Assembly (NCBI GenBank): GCA_965214865.1
Contig: CBDCCN010000004.1
Location: forward strand, 1,585,300 to 1,649,299
DNA length: 64,000 bases
Direction of reading: 5' to 3'
Source of the DNA: Vicinamibacterales bacterium
GTDB lineage: Bacteria; Acidobacteriota; Vicinamibacteria; Vicinamibacterales; UBA8438
Positions 59,765 through 64,000 of the stretch are shown here, piece by piece; positions within the stretch are counted from its first letter, which is position 1; every line of letters begins with the position of its first letter. Under the pieces are notes generated by a model. It worked only from the letters and a program-made list of their open reading frames with translations. It searched no databases and had not been told where the DNA came from. Made by a program: the position numbers and the translations under genes.

Positions 59765-61662
59765 CGTGTCGCCTCCGAGAGGAGTCGTCCGCGTCCCTCG
59801 ATCAAGGTGTTGTAGCGATCGACCGCGACGTCTTCCCACGCCTCGGTGCGTCCGCTCGGCCAGCGCACCTGCACGTCCGGGGCGGCCGCCGACTCGCCGA
59901 GCCCGACGAGCACGCGCGGGTCGTTCGCCGACGCGTAGCTCCCGTCGCTGCGGGCCCGCCGCCAGCGCGTCGGCTCGCCGTCGCGGATGACGGCCACCCG
60001 GGCGCCCAGCATGTCCCGTCCGGGCCCGGGTGCGGAACCGTCCATGCTTCCCACCAGCCGCAGGCCCAGCCAGTGGCGGCGGTTGCCGATCGTGTTGACG
60101 AGCAGTCGTACGGGACCGGTGTTGTTGCCGACCAGTACGTCCACGTCGCCGTCGTTGTCGATGTCCCCGAACGCGGCGCCGCGACTCACCTCCGACAGTT
60201 CGAACGCCGCGCCGGCCCGATCCGTGACGTCCTCGAAGCGCCGCTCGCCCCGATTGCGGAACAGCGTGTTGCGCTGCCCGTACGGGAACGGGTCGTCTTC
60301 GCGCCCGTCCACCGCCACCACCGTTCCGTTGACCGCCATCACGTCGAGCCGGCCGTCGTTGTCGAAGTCGAACCACGCGGAGCCCCAGCCGGTGTAGGGC
60401 AGGCTGCCCGGCCCCAGCCGGGACGGCGCGCTCTCGTCCCGGAACATCCCGGAGCCGTCGTTGACGTAGAGGTTGTTTCCCTCGGTCGTCAGGTGCGTCA
60501 GGAACAGATCTTCATCGCCGTCGTCGTCGAAGTCGCCCGCATCCACGCCCATGCCGGCCTCGGGCGTGCCGAGGCCGCTGAGGGCCGCGCCGGAGAGCAG
60601 GGCGGCGTCCAGGAGTGTGCCGTCCCGCTGGTTGATCCAGAGGAGGTTCTCGGCGCCGTCGTTGGCCACGTAGATGTCGGGCCAGCCGTCGCCGTCATAG
60701 TCGGCGGTGGCCACGCCCAGCGCCGGTCCGAATCGTCCCAGCGTCGCGCGCGAGACCCCGCCGGGGTTGACGTGCCGGAGCGCCGTCGGGCTGACGTCCT
60801 CGAACGCGCCGTTCCCCAGGTTTCGATAGAGGCGGTCGGGCAGCCCCCCGTACGTTTCCGGGGGACAGTAGTCACGCGCCCCCGCCGTGTTGGGGCAGAC
60901 GGCGCGGTCGCCGAGGTCGTAGTCGACGTTGTTGCCGACGTACAGATCCAGCCAGCCGTCGCGGTCGTAGTCGACGAATGCCGCCGAAACGCCGAACGCG
61001 TTTCGCGCCTCGATGCCCGCTCCGTCGGACACGTCGGTGAACGTCCCGTCGCCGTCGTTGCGAAAGAGCCGCTCCGACTCGAAGCTCGTCACGAACAGAT
61101 CGACCCGCCCGTCGTTGTGGACGTCTCCCGCCGCCATGCCGAGGCCGTATCCGTCCGCGTTCAGGCCGCTCTGCTCGGTTACGTCGACGAAGCGCCACGG
61201 TCGGCTCCCGTCCGGGCCGGTATCGAGGTCGTTGCGGTAGAGACGCCCCGTGAGAGGGCCCGGGGACGCGGGCGGTATCAGGGCATCGGAGACGCTCGGG
61301 TTCGGGCCGAGCATGCGGCCCTGCACCAGGAACACGTCGAGGTCGCCGTCGTTGTCGTAGTCGAGCAGGCCGACGCCCGGGGGCAGGATCTCCGGGTAGT
61401 AGAAGTGTCCCGACGCACCGTTGAAGTGCACGAAGTCGAGACCCAGTTCGGCGGCGCGGTCGACGAACCAGGCCGAGTCGACGGAATCCGTCGCGGTCCC
61501 GCGGGCATCCTCCGAGTGCCCGGCCGCGGAGCGCGGCCGGGCAGCAGGGTCCGCGGCGCACCCGCCGACGACCGATGCGATCAGCACGCTCCGGATCGCG
61601 CCGTTCAGCATGCGACTCATGATATTGCCCAGCGGGTGCCGCGCATACCCGCGCCGCCGCAT
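59761..61662 (-). CDS. CRTAC1-family protein (seven FG-GAP/VCBS blades + ASPIC/UnbV C-terminal domain), lipoprotein
   Basis: Seven DxDxDGxxD blades are present (DYDNDGDLDVF, DVHNDGRVDLF, DYDRDGWLDLY, DYDGDGWPDIY, DFDDDGDEDLF, DFDNDGRLDVM, DIDNDGDVDVL). The UnbV_ASPIC-like tail reads RRHWLGLRLVG...GARV...DGSYASANDPRV. Lipobox VVGGC. An alternative ATG lies at 61620. Confidence 0.85.
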   Translation of the reverse strand: MRRRGYARHPLGNIMSRMLNGAIRSVLIASVVGGCAADPAARPRSAAGHSEDARGTATDSVDSAWFVDRAAELGLDFVHFNGASGHFYYPEILPPGVGLLDYDNDGDLDVFLVQGRMLGPNPSVSDALIPPASPGPLTGRLYRNDLDTGPDGSRPWRFVDVTEQSGLNADGYGLGMAAGDVHNDGRVDLFVTSFESERLFRNDGDGTFTDVSDGAGIEARNAFGVSAAFVDYDRDGWLDLYVGNNVDYDLGDRAVCPNTAGARDYCPPETYGGLPDRLYRNLGNGAFEDVSPTALRHVNPGGVSRATLGRFGPALGVATADYDGDGWPDIYVANDGAENLLWINQRDGTLLDAALLSGAALSGLGTPEAGMGVDAGDFDDDGDEDLFLTHLTTEGNNLYVNDGSGMFRDESAPSRLGPGSLPYTGWGSAWFDFDNDGRLDVMAVNGTVVAVDGREDDPFPYGQRNTLFRNRGERRFEDVTDRAGAAFELSEVSRGAAFGDIDNDGDVDVLVGNNTGPVRLLVNTIGNRRHWLGLRLVGSMDGSAPGPGRDMLGARVAVIRDGEPTRWRRARSDGSYASANDPRVLVGLGESAAAPDVQVRWPSGRTEAWEDVAVDRYNTLIEGRGRLLSEATR

Positions 61663-61707
61663 CAGTGCCGGCTCGGCGTCGTCTGCGCAGTTCTGCGGCG
61701 CAGACTT

Positions 61708-63390
61708 CTAGCGAATCGCGCCGGCCGACCGTTCGAGAAACGGATCGAACTCGACGGGATCGTCACTGCGCCACGGGAGACCGCGTTCGTAGTGCGTCAG
61801 TTTCTCCCGCATGCCCGGCACGAGGTCCGAGCGCCCCCCGCGGACGGCCCGGTCGATGGCGCCGCGCTGCCAGCCCGCCGCCTCGCTGAAGCGCCCCGTC
61901 TCGGCGAGCGTCATGGCCATGGACTCGCCCAGATCGAGGGTGCGGGCGGCCTCCGGGAGCGCCTCCATGAGCGCGATGGCGCGGGCGCCGTCCCTGACCT
62001 CCGGATCGGTTGCGCCGCTGAGGAGACGCGCCAGGGCGTGGACGAAGAAAGGTTGATCCGGGTAGGCCGCCATTCCCCCACTGAACCGGTCCCGCGCGTT
62101 CGCGTGGCGGCCGAGGCGGACGAGGGTGACCGCGTGACCGAACGGCGCTTCCTCGATCCGCGGGTCGCCCGCGGCGCCCTCGGCCATGACCCGCTCGTAC
62201 TGCGCCAGCGCTTCCTCGAAGCGGCTCTCCCGGCGCAGGAGGCCGGCCAGGGCGAGCCGCGCCTCGACGTAGGCCGGATCGTGCCGCACGGCGGCCTCGA
62301 ATCGCTCGATCGCCTCCGGACGGCGGCCCGCTCCTTCCAGCAGCACCCCCAGGCTGAAGTGCGCCAGCGCGAAGTCGGGCGCGGTCCGCAGGATCCGTTC
62401 GAACTCGGCGAACGCTCCGCCCGGGTCTCCCATCTGGAACAGCACCGTACCGAGCCGATGGCGCAGGGTCGGGTCGGCTGGCTCCAGGACGAGTCCCCGC
62501 CTGAAGTACTCGGCCGCCGTGACCCAGTCGCCTCGGCTGAGCGCTCGATTCCCCCGGCGCTCGTAGGCCCGCGGACTCTCGATCAGCGTGTCGAGCTCCT
62601 CCATCAGCGGGTCCTCTGCAAGGATCGCAACGTCCGCGCGCTGCCGCATGTGCGCCGCGGCCCGCTCGAGCCGGCCGAGGCCGCGGTAGGCGAGGGCCAG
62701 GGGATAGTGGACGCCGACGGCCGTCCGCCCGCTGAGCCGCAGCCCTTCCTCCAGGAACCGGACGGCGCGGGCGTAGTCGCTGGTCGCGAGCGCGGCGCGA
62801 CCGATGCCGACGTGGGCGACGACCGAGTCGGGCTGCATGGCGAGCTGCGTCCTGAACAGGGGGTCCGCCTCCTCGGGTCGTCCCAGCAGGAGGTACACCT
62901 CGCCCAGCCACAGCAGGGTCAGCGCGTCGTCCGGCCGGATGCGCAGCACGTCGTTGAAGGCGGCGACGGAATCCTCCAGTTCTCCGGTCGTCCTGTAGAG
63001 GTGCCCGAGATAGTACGGCCAGCGGGCGTCGTCCGGCGCCAGCGTCCGCGCCCGCCGCATGTGCGGCTCGGCCGCGTCGAGCAGCGCCGCGGCCATCAGC
63101 AGCTTCCCCATGTCGCCGTAGGCGTCGGCGCGCGTGGCGGCGTCCGCGGCAGGCGCCTGAACGACCGCCAGCAGCGATGCGTGCTGCGCGCGCACCTGTT
63201 CCCTTACGAACGCGTCGGCGGCGGAAAGGTCCGGCAAGGCGGCCGTCGCTCCGGTCTCGCTCCCCGCATCCGGGCCGCCTCCGCCGCAGCCGCCGGCGGC
63301 GACCACGAAGCAGACCAGCAGCGCGACGCCCGCGACCGCGGCGCTCCCGCTCGCGAGACCCGTCCGACCGCGGCGCCGGTGGAGCCTCAT
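61708..63390 (-). CDS. TPR-repeat lipoprotein (partner of CRTAC1-family gene), copy 2
   Basis: The internal ATG at 63390 overlaps the upstream stop (ATGA). Lipobox AAGGC. It is a TPR paralogue of the 58112-59764 product. Confidence 0.8.
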   Translation of the reverse strand: MRLHRRRGRTGLASGSAAVAGVALLVCFVVAAGGCGGGGPDAGSETGATAALPDLSAADAFVREQVRAQHASLLAVVQAPAADAATRADAYGDMGKLLMAAALLDAAEPHMRRARTLAPDDARWPYYLGHLYRTTGELEDSVAAFNDVLRIRPDDALTLLWLGEVYLLLGRPEEADPLFRTQLAMQPDSVVAHVGIGRAALATSDYARAVRFLEEGLRLSGRTAVGVHYPLALAYRGLGRLERAAAHMRQRADVAILAEDPLMEELDTLIESPRAYERRGNRALSRGDWVTAAEYFRRGLVLEPADPTLRHRLGTVLFQMGDPGGAFAEFERILRTAPDFALAHFSLGVLLEGAGRRPEAIERFEAAVRHDPAYVEARLALAGLLRRESRFEEALAQYERVMAEGAAGDPRIEEAPFGHAVTLVRLGRHANARDRFSGGMAAYPDQPFFVHALARLLSGATDPEVRDGARAIALMEALPEAARTLDLGESMAMTLAETGRFSEAAGWQRGAIDRAVRGGRSDLVPGMREKLTHYERGLPWRSDDPVEFDPFLERSAGAIR

Positions 63391-64000
63391 GGGACCGTTC
63401 CCTCTCCTTCGGTCAGCGTCGTGTACCGGTCGACCGGGAGGTCGTTCCATTCCTCGACCCGCCCGCTCGGCCAGAGTACGCGTACGCGCGGTGTCTCCGA
63501 CGACCCGCCCAGTCCGACCAGTACTCGAGGGTCGTGCGCCGAGGCGTAGCTGCCGTCCGTGCGCACGTGCCGCCGGACCGCCTCACCGGCTCGCATCACG
63601 ACGACGCGGGCGCCGAGCATGTCTCGGGGCGCGCCGCTTCCGGCGAGCCTCAGACCCAGCCAGTGGTTGCGGTCGCCCACCTCGTTGACGAAGAGTCGCG
63701 CCCGTCCGCTGTTGTTCGATACGACCACGTCGGTGTCGCCGTCGTTGTCGACGTCCCCGAAGGCCGCCCCGCGGCTGATCCCGGACAGCCGAAGGGCCGC
63801 GCCGGCTCTGTCCGTGACGTCTTCGAACCGCCCGTTGCGGAGATTGCGGAACAGCAGATTGGTTTCGTCGTACGGAAACGGGTGGTCGCCGCGCCCGTCG
63901 ATCGCCTCTATCGCGCCGTTGACGGCCAGCAGGTCGAGCCAGCCGTCGTTGTCGACGTCGAACCACGCGGCGCCGAAGCCGGTGCGCCCGTGGCTCGCCG
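63387..64000 (-). CDS. CRTAC1-family protein, C-terminal part (gene continues beyond the right edge)
   Basis: Hand translation is continuous in frame to the window edge: ...GAAWFDVDNDGWLDLLAVNG...AAFGDVDNDGDTDVVVSNNSGRARLFVNEVGDRNHWLGLRLAG...DGSYASAHDPRVLVGLG. It is a paralogue of the 59761-61662 product. Confidence 0.8.
   Translation of the reverse strand, partial: ASHGRTGFGAAWFDVDNDGWLDLLAVNGAIEAIDGRGDHPFPYDETNLLFRNLRNGRFEDVTDRAGAALRLSGISRGAAFGDVDNDGDTDVVVSNNSGRARLFVNEVGDRNHWLGLRLAGSGAPRDMLGARVVVMRAGEAVRRHVRTDGSYASAHDPRVLVGLGGSSETPRVRVLWPSGRVEEWNDLPVDRYTTLTEGEGTVP

Noticed and set aside
60073-63549. 1158-aa plus-strand ORF over the CRTAC1/TPR genes
   Set aside because: It is antisense to genes with clear FG-GAP and TPR motifs and lipoprotein signals, and its sequence is Arg/Val/Gly-rich filler.

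Overview
This is a high-GC (roughly 68-70% by eye) bacterial chromosome segment covering the replication-origin neighbourhood and about 50 kb to its right. The left end has the classic layout: (rsmG)-mnmG-mnmE-jag-yidC-yidD-rnpA-rpmH on the minus strand, diverging from dnaA-dnaN-gyrB-gyrA on the plus strand. The rest of the window, in order, contains:
- an orphan lipoprotein and a six-gene Mrp cation/proton antiporter operon with fused MrpA/B
- a DUF885 protein, then rsmI-glmU-glmS-uvrD
- an FmdB zinc-ribbon gene, galU, and serS followed 9 nt later by tRNA-Ser(UGA)
- a hydroxylamine-oxidoreductase-like octaheme cytochrome c with a NapC/NirT tetraheme partner
- a glycogen island: GAF-fused glgP, an RsbW-like kinase plus STAS protein, a decayed glgA 5' remnant, glgX, malQ, a ManC-like nucleotidyltransferase, glgB and glgA
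- an MFS transporter
- an MFS / beta-propeller / dimethylformamidase-like operon
- a heme-c/PHM-like/TPR protein converging on two tandem CRTAC1(FG-GAP/ASPIC)-TPR lipoprotein gene pairs

I recognised no rRNA, CRISPR array, IS element, integrase, phage gene or known defence gene. Gene content would fit Acidobacteriota or Gemmatimonadota, but that is only a guess. Many long ORFs in the supplied track are stop-free antisense frames typical of high-GC DNA and were discarded.

Nothing here is demonstrably a new system. The best candidates for follow-up are:
- the partner-switching pair embedded in the glycogen island next to a GAF-fused phosphorylase
- the HAO-like/NapC module
- the duplicated CRTAC1-TPR modules
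- an in-frame 18-bp tandem repeat inside dnaN
- the glgA remnant

All family assignments come from reading motifs by eye. No database search was run.
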